Assembly: GCA_031962025.1 (NCBI GenBank)
Contig: JAVRKW010000001.1
Length of the DNA: 64,000 nucleotides
Origin: Pseudothermotoga sp.
GTDB lineage: Bacteria > Thermotogota > Thermotogae > Thermotogales > DSM-5069
Reading direction: 5' to 3' (one strand)
Shown here: piece by piece, positions 41,244-50,972 of the stretch
Layout of the letters: every line of letters begins with the position of its first letter
How positions within the stretch are numbered: position 1 is the stretch's first letter
Notes under the pieces: generated by a model
Database searches by the model: none
What the model was told of the DNA's origin: nothing
The model's input: only the letters and a program-made list of their open reading frames with translations
Made by a program: the position numbers and the translations under genes

Positions 41244-42545
41244 ATGAAAAAAATTCTGATCTTGTTTTTGTTGATACCACTTTTGTCATTCGCAGGTTTT
41301 TTTGATCTTGTGCAGGAGCAACTTCAAAAAGACAGTTCTTATCTTTCTGCTGTTATAAAGTACAAAAACGCCGAGTTCAATTTGTCAAAAACCAGGAATG
41401 TCTTTATACCTTATGTGGGTACTGATAAATTGTCTGTTACAACAGATTTTGAGAATTACACAGTGTCTATTCCGATTTCCATCGTTTTTCAGAACATCGC
41501 GGGGTTTGATTTTGCCATTTCAAATAGCTGGACCTACTCGAGTGAAGGCGAAAAATGGGACGACAGCGGCTGGGCTTTGAGAATTTCAAGGGAACTTTTC
41601 TCCAAATGGGATATTACAGACTTACAGAACCAGCAAGAATACACTTCTGCAGCCTGGGATTTGACTGATGCACGAAACAAGGTTTTTGTGGATCTTGCAA
41701 ATGACGTTTTCAATTATCATTATTACACAAGAAAACTGGATATCACAAAACAGAAGATAAAGATTCTGGAAGATCAGTTTAATTCTTTACAAAAGGCGTA
41801 CGAGGCTGGCACTGCATCAAAAGAAGATATACTGCAGGTTCAGAGCAATATCTACCAGATGACAAATCAGCTTGATCAAATCAGTCAGAATCTCACAGGA
41901 GCTCTTACGGGGTATTCCACTGATACGCTTAATACGATGATCGCCTGCCTTGAGAGGATTACAGCCAGCCTGCCAGATGAGCAACAAGCAGAGAAACTCG
42001 TTATGAACCGGCTTGATTTGAAAGCCCAGTTGATGGCAGTTGAAATTGCAAAACGTAAAAACGAAAGGGCTTATCAGGAATGGCTGCCAAATCCAACTTT
42101 TTCATTCACAGTCAAACAGGATAAGAACTCGGAAAGCGGATATTCTTTCTCACTCGGCTTTGGATTTGGCTACAACATACTCGACCGCGGAGAGAAAAAT
42201 TACGCATACAATTCTGCCAAGGATTCATATTCACTGGAGCAACGCATACTCGATGAAAAAATAGATAACTTGAGAAAAGCCGTGCGAAAAGCTTTTCTTT
42301 CGATAAGAATTGCTGAATCATCGAAAAAAGTAGCCGAACTCAATTTACAACTGAAAAAGATGGAGTATGAAAATACCCTGAATGCTTCTTCTTTCGTATC
42401 AGAAAGTGATCTTGAGAGTGCAAAATTAGATCTGAATGATGCTGAAACAGAGCTTTTCAAGGCAAATTACAATCTGTTGATCGCTAAGATCAATTTACTC
42501 CAGACGCTTGGTGTTGATCTTGTTCAAATCGCGGGAGGTAACTGA
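41244..42545 (+). CDS. TolC-family outer membrane efflux protein
   Basis: Signal peptide, YEAGTASKEDIL, beta-strand segments LPNPTFSFT/FSLGFGFGY. Confidence 0.8.
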   Translation: MKKILILFLLIPLLSFAGFFDLVQEQLQKDSSYLSAVIKYKNAEFNLSKTRNVFIPYVGTDKLSVTTDFENYTVSIPISIVFQNIAGFDFAISNSWTYSSEGEKWDDSGWALRISRELFSKWDITDLQNQQEYTSAAWDLTDARNKVFVDLANDVFNYHYYTRKLDITKQKIKILEDQFNSLQKAYEAGTASKEDILQVQSNIYQMTNQLDQISQNLTGALTGYSTDTLNTMIACLERITASLPDEQQAEKLVMNRLDLKAQLMAVEIAKRKNERAYQEWLPNPTFSFTVKQDKNSESGYSFSLGFGFGYNILDRGEKNYAYNSAKDSYSLEQRILDEKIDNLRKAVRKAFLSIRIAESSKKVAELNLQLKKMEYENTLNASSFVSESDLESAKLDLNDAETELFKANYNLLIAKINLLQTLGVDLVQIAGGN

Positions 42546-42546
42546 G

Positions 42547-43605
42547 ATGAGAAAGAACATTGCGACCTACATACTGATATCTGTTTCGATCTTATTTTTG
42601 TTTCTCTGGTCCTGTAATAGAAATGTGCAGCAATCTTCAGCCACCACTTCTTCAACAGAGTATACAGTAAAAAGGACTAATTTGGTTGATACTGTGACTG
42701 TTTCTGGAACAATCAAAGCCGAGAGTTCTGCCCAAGTGCAGGCACTGGTGAGCGGAGTTGTCAAAAAGATATACGTCAAAGAAGGTGACACGGTAAAGGC
42801 TGGGGATTTGTTGATAGAGCTGGATGATTCTGACTATAGACTTTCTTATTTAAAGGCACTTCAAAATTATGAACTGGCGAAAAATTCAGGCTCGAAACTG
42901 CTCATTGAGCAGCGCCAACTTGAGCTTGAAATCGCAAAAAGAGATCTTGATAGATGTAAAATCACCTCTCCAGTGAGTGGTATAGTGACGGCATTGAATG
43001 TTGAAGTCAACGACTATGTCTCAAAGGGAACAGCTGTCGATGTAGTGGCAAGAGTCGTGAATGTTGAAAATCTGTATGTATCTGCTGCCGTTGAAGAAAT
43101 GGATTATTCAAAGGTAAAAGTTGGTCAAACAGCTTTTTTAACCTTTGAAGCATTTGAAGGAGTGAAATTTCCCGCAAAGGTGACATATGTTGGAAGTGAA
43201 GCACAAAATTCAGGTGGAATAGTCACAATTCCGATAAAACTGAGCTTGATCTTTCCAAAATCTGTGGGAGCTGGTGCAAATAGAATGGAAGAATTGATGA
43301 ACAAAATAATACCTGGTCTTTGCTGTGAGGCTGAAATAACCGTTTTGAGCAAGACAAATGTGATAGTTGTTCCAGTCGGTGCAATTACTTATGAATCAGG
43401 TAAGGCTTATGTCACGGTGAAAAACGCAGACAAAACTGAAAAAAGGCAGGTTACCGTAGGAGAAAGATTCTCAAGTGGATATGAGATCTTAGACGGCTTG
43501 AAAGAAGGGGAAGTGATTATCATAAACAGAACATCATCTTCTTCTAACAATACTCAGCGAATAGTAATTCCAATGGGTGGATCGGCACCAATCCCTAGAC
43601 GATAG
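42547..43605 (+). CDS. Efflux periplasmic adaptor (MacA-like MFP)
   Basis: VSGVVKKIYVKEGDTVKAGDLL, ITSPVSGIV, GLKEGE. Confidence 0.92.
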   Translation: MRKNIATYILISVSILFLFLWSCNRNVQQSSATTSSTEYTVKRTNLVDTVTVSGTIKAESSAQVQALVSGVVKKIYVKEGDTVKAGDLLIELDDSDYRLSYLKALQNYELAKNSGSKLLIEQRQLELEIAKRDLDRCKITSPVSGIVTALNVEVNDYVSKGTAVDVVARVVNVENLYVSAAVEEMDYSKVKVGQTAFLTFEAFEGVKFPAKVTYVGSEAQNSGGIVTIPIKLSLIFPKSVGAGANRMEELMNKIIPGLCCEAEITVLSKTNVIVVPVGAITYESGKAYVTVKNADKTEKRQVTVGERFSSGYEILDGLKEGEVIIINRTSSSSNNTQRIVIPMGGSAPIPRR

Positions 43606-43621
43606 GAAAGCGGGTGCAAAG

Positions 43622-44323
43622 ATGGATGTCATAATAAATGTTGAGAATATCCGAAAAACATATAAAATGGGAGATAACATAGTCAAAGCTGTGGATGGTG
43701 TAACATTGAGTGTTTTTAACGGAGAATATCTGGTGATCATGGGTCCGTCTGGAAGTGGCAAGACCACGCTGATGCACTTGATGGGATGTCTTGACAAACC
43801 AGATTCCGGTGAAATCTATTTAGCAGGTCAGAAAGTTTCACAGCTCAGTGATAGAGATCTTGCCAAGGTGAGAAACAAAATGATTGGTTTTGTCTTTCAA
43901 CAGTTCAACCTTTTACCACGTTTGACGGCACTTGAAAATGTAGAACTTCCAATGATTTACGCAGGTGTACCAAGAGCAATCAGGCGAAAAAGAGCAAAGG
44001 AACTTTTGGCAATGGTCGGACTTTCTGAAAGAATGGAGCACAAGCCAACACAGCTTTCTGGTGGGCAGATGCAAAGAGTTGCAATAGCAAGAGCACTTGC
44101 AAATAAACCACAGATTATTCTTGCCGATGAACCAACGGGGAATCTGGACAGTAAAAGTGGGGCTGAAATACTCAAAATCTTCTCAGATCTGCATTCAGAT
44201 GGTCTAACCATAATCGTCGTAACGCACGATCCTGAAGTGGCTGAAAACGGCGAGCGTGTGATCCACATGAGAGATGGAAAGATAGTATCCCAAGAGGTGA
44301 GAACAAGTGTTGGAAATGCTTAA
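43622..44323 (+). CDS. ABC ATP-binding protein (MacB/LolD-like)
   Basis: GPSGSGKT, LSGGQMQR, DEPTGNLD. Confidence 0.95.
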   Translation: MDVIINVENIRKTYKMGDNIVKAVDGVTLSVFNGEYLVIMGPSGSGKTTLMHLMGCLDKPDSGEIYLAGQKVSQLSDRDLAKVRNKMIGFVFQQFNLLPRLTALENVELPMIYAGVPRAIRRKRAKELLAMVGLSERMEHKPTQLSGGQMQRVAIARALANKPQIILADEPTGNLDSKSGAEILKIFSDLHSDGLTIIVVTHDPEVAENGERVIHMRDGKIVSQEVRTSVGNA

Positions 44324-45515
44324 AGAAGCGTTCAGATCCATTGCGGCAAACAAGCTCAGGACTGCCTTGTCGATGATAGGCATAATCATAGGTGTTGCAG
44401 CCGTAATAGCAGTTGTTTCCGTGGCGGAAGGAACCAGTCGGAGTATAAAGCAAAATCTCTCAGCCATCGGTTCAAATCTGATCATGATTTCACCGGGGTT
44501 CACTGGAGGTAGGGGAGGTCGCGTATCAACAAGTCTTTCTGATCTGCTGACAAAAGACGACGCTCAAAAAATCCAGCAGTTTTGTACGTCAGTTTTGTAC
44601 GTTACACCTGTTCAGCAGGGTAATTTCATTGTCCAATATGAACGACAGAACACCTTTTCCACTATTCTGGCAGTCTATCCGCAGATCTTCAACATGATGA
44701 ATTTAAACCTGCAGGAGGGCGAGTATTTCACTCAGGAAGATGAAAACGGCAGAAGACGGGTAGCAGTGATTGGTAAAGAGATAGCCGATACGCTTTTCCC
44801 TGATGGCGACGCAGTCGGAAAGACTATAAAAATATCAAGTCAATCGATCCGACAGAATTATAAGATAATCGGCGTTCTTGAAAAAAGTGGAACGTTACTT
44901 TTCTTGAACCCAGATAGATCAATCTTAGTTCCATTCTCTTCGGCAGAAAATCGTCTTTTTAAGAGAAGTTATGTTTCTTCTATAATTGCTCAGGCTCAAT
45001 CAGAAGAGGTTGCGGCTGAGGCTGTTTCCCAGATTGACTCTGTTCTGTACTCGCGATTCCAGGATTCAGAGAAATACAGGATAATCAGCCAGGAAGCGAT
45101 GTTACAAACAATCAATCAAACGATGGCGCTTTTGAGTTTCATGCTCGGCAGTATTGCGGGAATTTCTCTGTTAGTTGGTGGAATAGGAATAATGAACATA
45201 ATGCTTGTCACAGTGGCAGAGAGAACCAGGGAGATTGGTGTTAGAAAAGCAGTTGGTGCAAATAGAACACATATCCTCACGCAGTTTTTGCTTGAATCGA
45301 TCATTCTGACGCTGGTTGCTGGAATCATCGGAGTCGGTGTGGGTATACTTCTTTCCAGAGCAATAGCTCTTATAGGTTCCATTCAAACTGCTGTCACACC
45401 TGTTGTGATACTGATAGCCGTTTCTGTTTCGGTAGCTGTTGGCGTGTTCTTTGGAGTCTTTCCGGCAATGAAAGCATCAAAACTCAATCCTGTCGAAGCG
45501 CTGAGGTATGAATGA
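44307..45515 (+). CDS. ABC permease (MacB/FtsX family)
   Basis: NKLRTALSMIGIIIGV, GGIGIMNIMLVTVAERTREIG, PVEALRYE. Confidence 0.95.
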   Translation: MLEMLKEAFRSIAANKLRTALSMIGIIIGVAAVIAVVSVAEGTSRSIKQNLSAIGSNLIMISPGFTGGRGGRVSTSLSDLLTKDDAQKIQQFCTSVLYVTPVQQGNFIVQYERQNTFSTILAVYPQIFNMMNLNLQEGEYFTQEDENGRRRVAVIGKEIADTLFPDGDAVGKTIKISSQSIRQNYKIIGVLEKSGTLLFLNPDRSILVPFSSAENRLFKRSYVSSIIAQAQSEEVAAEAVSQIDSVLYSRFQDSEKYRIISQEAMLQTINQTMALLSFMLGSIAGISLLVGGIGIMNIMLVTVAERTREIGVRKAVGANRTHILTQFLLESIILTLVAGIIGVGVGILLSRAIALIGSIQTAVTPVVILIAVSVSVAVGVFFGVFPAMKASKLNPVEALRYE

Positions 45516-45518
45516 TCC

Positions 45519-45872
45519 TGGTGGAGGCGGGGGGAATCGAACCCCCGTCCGAGAATGAGTACCCCCAGGCGTCTCCGAGTGCAGCCTGTGTTTTCAATTC
45601 AGTTCACAATACCCACAGGCAGGTCTTGTGAACTATAGCCTTCCTTGGTTTCCCACCAAAGAACGGAAGGCAGATTCTTTGGGGATAGACTGGTTATATC
45701 ACGCCCCTGTCCGAGCACCAGTCAAACTCGGCAGGAACGGCTGCTTATCTATTAAGCAGCAAGTGCAAGTTCGTTGTTGGCACTTCTTTTTTATTCCACC
45801 TTATTTACGAGGAGGTGGAGACCTCGACTCGCTTCCTGGGGGATCCCAAACCCGTCGAAACCGTTCGCCCCC
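45519..45872 (-). ncRNA. ssrA: tmRNA; tag peptide ANNELALAA (45752-45781)
   Basis: 5' GGGGGCGAACGGTTTCGACGGG, 3' GGTTCGATTCCCCCCGCCTCCACCA, resume reading frame GCC AAC AAC GAA CTT GCA CTT GCT GCT TAA TAG. Confidence 0.97.
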
Positions 45873-45881
45873 TGTTTATAA

Positions 45882-45910
45882 ATATTAACACGAAAAATGC
45901 CGTCGTGCAA
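45882..45910 (-). promoter_or_regulatory. ssrA promoter
   Basis: TTGCAC-17 nt-TAATAT with TG extension, 9 nt upstream of the tmRNA 5' end. Confidence 0.7.
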
Positions 45911-45921
45911 GTTCAAAAAAA

Positions 45922-47442
45922 TCAAAATCCAAGTTCTGAAAGCCTTCTTTTCACAACATTCAAAAATGCCTTGTAAAGATCCGGATGGAATTTTGTTCCA
46001 AGCATTTCTTTTTCTATAATCCTCAGTGCTTCGTCAAGGCTTAGAGCAGGTCTGTACGGTCTTTCTTCAATTAATGCCGTGAAAACATCAACCATAGAGA
46101 CTATTTGAGCTCGTATACTTATCTGGTCGCCAGTCAGTCCATCTGGATAACCTGAGCCATCTATATTCTCATGATGGTGTCTTACGATATCTGCTACTAA
46201 ATCCCATCCAGATATGTTCTTGACGATCTTTTCACCGTATATCGGATGTTTTTTCATTATTTCAAACTCATCGAAGGTGAGCCTGCCGGGTTTGTTCAGT
46301 ATGTGTTCAGGTATCCCTATTTTCCCCACATCATGCAGCAGGGCACCAAACTTTATTGCTTCCAGATCTGCGGGATCTGTTATACCCAGCTCTTTTGCCA
46401 AATCAAGTGCGAGGCTGACCACTCTGCCGGAGTGACCAAATGTGCTCGCATCTTTTATTTCAATAGCTTCAGCGAGAGTGGATATTATCTGGGTGTTTCT
46501 TTCTTGAAGGGTTCTTTGCATTTCTTCAAGTTCATTGACTGTGTCCTGCAGGCTGTTCATCATTGCGTGCATTTCAACCTGTGAAGCCTTCTGTATCTCA
46601 AGAAGTTTTGCGATAGATTCCTGTAATTCGTTCAAATCATCAATACGGGTTTTCACGGGCACGTAATTCACTTCTTTGTTTTTCTGGATTTCTACGGCGC
46701 TTTTATTTATGTTGTCCACTACCATAGCAGTAGCACCTATGAGTTTGGTTTCGAACCTTGAAAAGAAGATCATCCATATAATCGTACCCATCAGCGCTAC
46801 CAGTGAAATGATCATATATGGTGTCAAAACAACAAGATAACTTTTAAAAGGTATAAAAACGGCTGCCTTTGCGTTTATAATGGGAAGATCTTCCAGATAT
46901 AGATATCCAGAAAGACCGTTCAATCTGACAAATCTATTTTTGATACCAACGTTAACACCTGCCATTTCCATCTGGGTTGACAGAACGATTTCACCCTGTT
47001 CTGTAACTAAAAGCACGCTTGCAAGTTCACTTGTCAGAAAGCTGCTAAAGAAACTCTGCGGTATCTCGATGAACAACAAACCATTGTGGCTTTCGAGTAG
47101 AAGTTTGGCGCTGTTTCCAGAAAGAAATAAGCCTTTGGAGTCTGGTACAAGCCAGGGTAATTTTTTGTAAGTCAGTACACGTGAGAGATCAACACCGGTT
47201 TGTAAATCTACAAGATCAGGGCTCAGGGTTCTTGTCAGAATATCAACCTGCTGCTTTCCCTTGAGTACATTATTGATTATGTTCTCCAACAAACGTTTTT
47301 CAGCCTGCAAATAAGTTTGAGAGTAGTACCTGTGAACGTTTCCGGAAATTATCACAAAACCAACTACAAAAACAAAAACCAGAATTAGAATCAAAAAAAG
47401 CCCATATCTTGACAACCTGCGAGCTACAACCGCAAGCTTCAT
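45922..47442 (-). CDS. Membrane-anchored HD-GYP cyclic dinucleotide phosphodiesterase
   Basis: Two TM helices, LLHDVGKIG, HHENIDGSGYPDGL, ERPYR. Confidence 0.93.
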   Translation of the reverse strand: MKLAVVARRLSRYGLFLILILVFVFVVGFVIISGNVHRYYSQTYLQAEKRLLENIINNVLKGKQQVDILTRTLSPDLVDLQTGVDLSRVLTYKKLPWLVPDSKGLFLSGNSAKLLLESHNGLLFIEIPQSFFSSFLTSELASVLLVTEQGEIVLSTQMEMAGVNVGIKNRFVRLNGLSGYLYLEDLPIINAKAAVFIPFKSYLVVLTPYMIISLVALMGTIIWMIFFSRFETKLIGATAMVVDNINKSAVEIQKNKEVNYVPVKTRIDDLNELQESIAKLLEIQKASQVEMHAMMNSLQDTVNELEEMQRTLQERNTQIISTLAEAIEIKDASTFGHSGRVVSLALDLAKELGITDPADLEAIKFGALLHDVGKIGIPEHILNKPGRLTFDEFEIMKKHPIYGEKIVKNISGWDLVADIVRHHHENIDGSGYPDGLTGDQISIRAQIVSMVDVFTALIEERPYRPALSLDEALRIIEKEMLGTKFHPDLYKAFLNVVKRRLSELGF

Positions 47443-48441
47443 TTCTTCACCTCTTCAACAAATTGTCCATTTTTTACCGTCACGAAATTCGTTGATCTTG
47501 AAACGGATAAATCTGGTTTAACCGTAAAACTCCCTGTTGCCCCATTGAATGTCTTATTTTGAAGATAATTGTACGCTTCATTTGTCTTTATCTTTGATTT
47601 GATCAAAGACCATATAACCATAAGAGTATCATAACTACCTGCCTGTTGAAGATCCATAAAACCCGATTTCATCATCTGGGAAAAGTCGAAAAGGCTGTAT
47701 ATTGTATATCATCATTCCCTCAACCGCCAGACCACCTGTTGAAAGCAGAGCATCTGTGTAAGCATAATCAGAACCATAAATAATCCCTTTGAATCCTTTG
47801 TTCATAGCCAATTGAGCCACCAGACCAGCTACTCTTCCATCTAAAACCAGTACTATAGAGTCGTAATTTGAAAAATCAAAATCCAGCATTTCATCCACAG
47901 AATCTATGTACAAACAATGTAGGGGCGTCGATGAATACTGAACCATTATTTTAAAAAGATTTTCACTGTAAACGATGTTGTTTTTGTCCAGTATCACGAT
48001 GGTGTTTTTTCTCGAATCGCTGTTCAGTTGGTCAACTAATCCTTTTGCCTGTATGTCATCTGTAACGCTCAGAGTCATAAAGTACCTGCTCTTTCCAACG
48101 ACCTGTGGAGAAGTTACTAAGGGTGCTATTGCAAAGATCTGGTACTTATCAAGATATGGCAATAGAGCCATAGCTTCAGTGCTGATCCTTGGACCTACGG
48201 CGTAGCAGTTGGAATATTTTCGCATACTTTTTTCAATTTCATCGATTTGCTGGTCTACTCTAATTGTTATGAGTTCTACTTTCAGGTTATTTTCCCTGAT
48301 GTATCTTTCAATGCCGCTGCGAAAATTGGTCTGACCATCTTCAAAGATTGTAATCTTTGGGTTTGGTTGTTTTGAGTACAGAACCAAAACCAAAAGCCCT
48401 GCGATTGCGATCAACACTATGATTAAGATGAACTGTCTCAC
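47439..48441 (-). pseudogene. LivJ-like periplasmic binding protein, frameshifted by a 7-bp tandem duplication
   Basis: Two consecutive ORFs (48441-47635 and 47675-47439) merge into one ~331-aa type I PBP if one ATATACA copy at 47696-47709 is removed; C-terminal FNGATGSF motif. Confidence 0.85.
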
Positions 48442-49301
48442 TCAACAACCTCCAGACCAAAACCGGCGGTCCCTGGTCCCACATGTGTTGTAATGACCTT
48501 TCCCATCTCTGTGAAAGATGCATCCAGAACATTATAGTGTTTTTTCAACATTTCGAGCATGATTTTTGTACTTTCTCTTTCATCGGCATCGACCATGATC
48601 ACTCTGATCTTCGAACCCTCTGGTACTAAACTCAGGCTTTTCTTAATCAGCATTTCCTGAGCTCTTTTGGTGCCTCTTGCTTTCTCAAAAGGAACGAGTC
48701 TTCCCTCAGGATCAATCCACACACCGACGTGTATGTTGAGTAAAGAGCCGAAGAACCCCTGCATCCTTGAAACCCTTCCACCTTTTACCAGAAAATCGAA
48801 ATTCGACACGTAAAAGATCGCTTTGTATTTAGTCTGCTCAACATCTTTTATGAGTGTTTCGTAAATCTGTTTTGTGCTCAGTCCTTTTGCCTCAAGTTCC
48901 CTCGCACGCCGTGCAAGCAGTGGCATCGCTGCGGACGCAAGTCTGCTGTCAATCACATAGACGGGAATCCTGACCTCTTTCGATGCCGCAAGCGCCGAGT
49001 CATAAGTACCAGACAATTTTGTTGATATACAGATGGCCAGGATTTCTTCGTATCCCTCTTTTTGCAGTTTCTCATATAACGAAACAAATTCACCAACCGA
49101 AGGTTGAGAGCTCTTGGGTAAAGCTGAAGCCTTGGAGATTCTATTGTAGAAATCTCTTATCTTTTCTATATCTCTTACATCGTCTTCCTGAGTACCATCG
49201 GGCCAGGTAATGTGAAGCGGTATAACTGACAGATCGTATTTGTCTACCCATTCCTCAGAAACGTCCGATGTGCTGTCTAAAACTATTTTCAGTTTGCTCA
49301 T
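48438..49301 (-). CDS. DegV family fatty-acid-binding protein
   Basis: DSTSD, KSSQPS, ISTKLSGTY, LVKGGR, THVGPG. Confidence 0.95.
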   Translation of the reverse strand: MSKLKIVLDSTSDVSEEWVDKYDLSVIPLHITWPDGTQEDDVRDIEKIRDFYNRISKASALPKSSQPSVGEFVSLYEKLQKEGYEEILAICISTKLSGTYDSALAASKEVRIPVYVIDSRLASAAMPLLARRARELEAKGLSTKQIYETLIKDVEQTKYKAIFYVSNFDFLVKGGRVSRMQGFFGSLLNIHVGVWIDPEGRLVPFEKARGTKRAQEMLIKKSLSLVPEGSKIRVIMVDADERESTKIMLEMLKKHYNVLDASFTEMGKVITTHVGPGTAGFGLEVVE

Positions 49302-49467
49302 CAAAACACCTCCTTCACGTCTTGAATTTTTCAATGTGTGTCTGAAGTTCATTAATAGATTTTAGCAGATCATCAACGATTTCTGTCAGTTTGACAATTT
49401 TTTCAGATCGCTCTTCGACAGACTTCGACAAGCCTGATAAATCTTGGCTTGCTTCATCTCATGAAAT

Positions 49468-50196
49468 TTATCGTCCTGTGGTGATACCAAGGTAGGCTTT
49501 TCTCACATTGTCGTTCCCCAATAGATTTTGTCCGGTATCTTCAAGGACAATGCGCCCTGTTTCCAGTACATAGCCGTAGTCAGCAATCTTCAAAGCTGCA
49601 AAAGCATTCTGTTCGACAAGAAGTATTGTCACTCCTTCTTGGCGTATTTTCTGAATTATTTCGAAAACTTCTTTCACAAGCAAAGGTGCAAGACCAAGTG
49701 ATGGTTCATCGAGCATGAGTAACTTCGGTCTGGTCATCAATCCACGAGCAACGGCGAGCATCTGTTGCTCACCACCGGAAAGCGTTCCACCTAATTGTTT
49801 CAACCTTTCCTTGAGCCTTGGAAAAAGTGTCAGAACCCATTCCAGGTCGCGTTTTATGCCATCTTGATCTGTTCTTGCGTATGCACCCATCATCAGATTT
49901 TCATAAACTGTGAGATTCGGAAAGATCCTCCTACCCTCTGGAACAAGGGCAATCCCGCTGTTTACGATCATATGTGTTGGTAAATGCGTAATGTCGCTTT
50001 TATTGAAAAAAACCTTTCCCTCTCTCTTATTCACCAGATTCGTAATCGCCCCAAGTGTAGTTGTCTTGCCTGCACCGTTGGCACCAATCAACGTGACAAT
50101 TTGACCTTTTTGAACCTTCATAGAGATACCTTTGAGCGCGTGAATGTTCCCATAATAAACATGCAGATTTTCTATTCTCAAGACTTCTTCATTCAC
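49468..50196 (-). CDS. livF: Branched-chain amino acid ABC ATP-binding protein
   Basis: GANGAGKT, VPEGRRIF, LSGGEQQM, DEPSLGLAP. Confidence 0.95.
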   Translation of the reverse strand: MNEEVLRIENLHVYYGNIHALKGISMKVQKGQIVTLIGANGAGKTTTLGAITNLVNKREGKVFFNKSDITHLPTHMIVNSGIALVPEGRRIFPNLTVYENLMMGAYARTDQDGIKRDLEWVLTLFPRLKERLKQLGGTLSGGEQQMLAVARGLMTRPKLLMLDEPSLGLAPLLVKEVFEIIQKIRQEGVTILLVEQNAFAALKIADYGYVLETGRIVLEDTGQNLLGNDNVRKAYLGITTGR

Positions 50197-50972
50197 GACA
50201 ACACCTCCTCGCCGAGGTAGGCTTTGATCACTACAGGATCGGACTGAATCTGCTGCGGACTTCCCTGGGCAATGAGCTTTCCATAGTCCATAACATAGAT
50301 TCGTTCACAGATACCCATTATTACTTTCATATCGTGTTCAATGATCATTATCGTCAGAGAAAAATCATTTCTCACCTTTTTGATGAATTCCATCAGTTCA
50401 TAGGTTTCCTGAGGATTCATACCGGCAGCAGGTTCGTCGAGTAATAGCAGTTTCGGGTTAGTGGCGAGTGCTCGTGCTATTTCAAGTTTTCTCTGCAAAC
50501 CATAGGGTAGTGAACTGGCTTTATCGTTGGCAAAACTCTCCAGCCCAACTCTGTTAAGCAGTTTAAAAGCCTCGCTGTACATCTGTTTTTCCATGCGAAT
50601 GCTCCCCGGCGTTTTAGCCACGCATTTGAAAAACCACAGCCAGCTTCTGAGCTTCAGGTGCTGTGGAACCATTACATTTTCCAGAACAGTCATATCTGAA
50701 AACAATCTGATATTCTGAAAGGTTCTTGCTATACCATATCGTGTTATCTCATGTGGTTTGTGACCTGATATATCCCTGCCAAAAAAGAAGATCCTGCCTT
50801 CATCTGGAGCGTACATTCCTGTTATAACATTGAAAAGAGTTGTCTTGCCAGCTCCATTTGGACCTATCAATCCAACCAATTCGCCCTGCTTTATATAACC
50901 GTTAAACTGATCGACAGCTACAAGACCTCCAAAGCGTTTTGTTACGTTGTCTATCAAAAGCACTTCATTCAT
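50193..50972 (-). CDS. livG: Branched-chain amino acid ABC ATP-binding protein
   Basis: FGGLVAV, GPNGAGKT, LPYGLQRKLEIARALA, DEPAAGMN. Confidence 0.95.
   Translation of the reverse strand: MNEVLLIDNVTKRFGGLVAVDQFNGYIKQGELVGLIGPNGAGKTTLFNVITGMYAPDEGRIFFFGRDISGHKPHEITRYGIARTFQNIRLFSDMTVLENVMVPQHLKLRSWLWFFKCVAKTPGSIRMEKQMYSEAFKLLNRVGLESFANDKASSLPYGLQRKLEIARALATNPKLLLLDEPAAGMNPQETYELMEFIKKVRNDFSLTIMIIEHDMKVIMGICERIYVMDYGKLIAQGSPQQIQSDPVVIKAYLGEEVLS

Noticed and set aside
45628..45888. 86-aa plus-strand ORF
   Set aside because: Antisense shadow of tmRNA
49412..49432. Short direct repeat CTTCGACA x2 between livF and degV
   Set aside because: Only two 8-bp copies; compatible with chance
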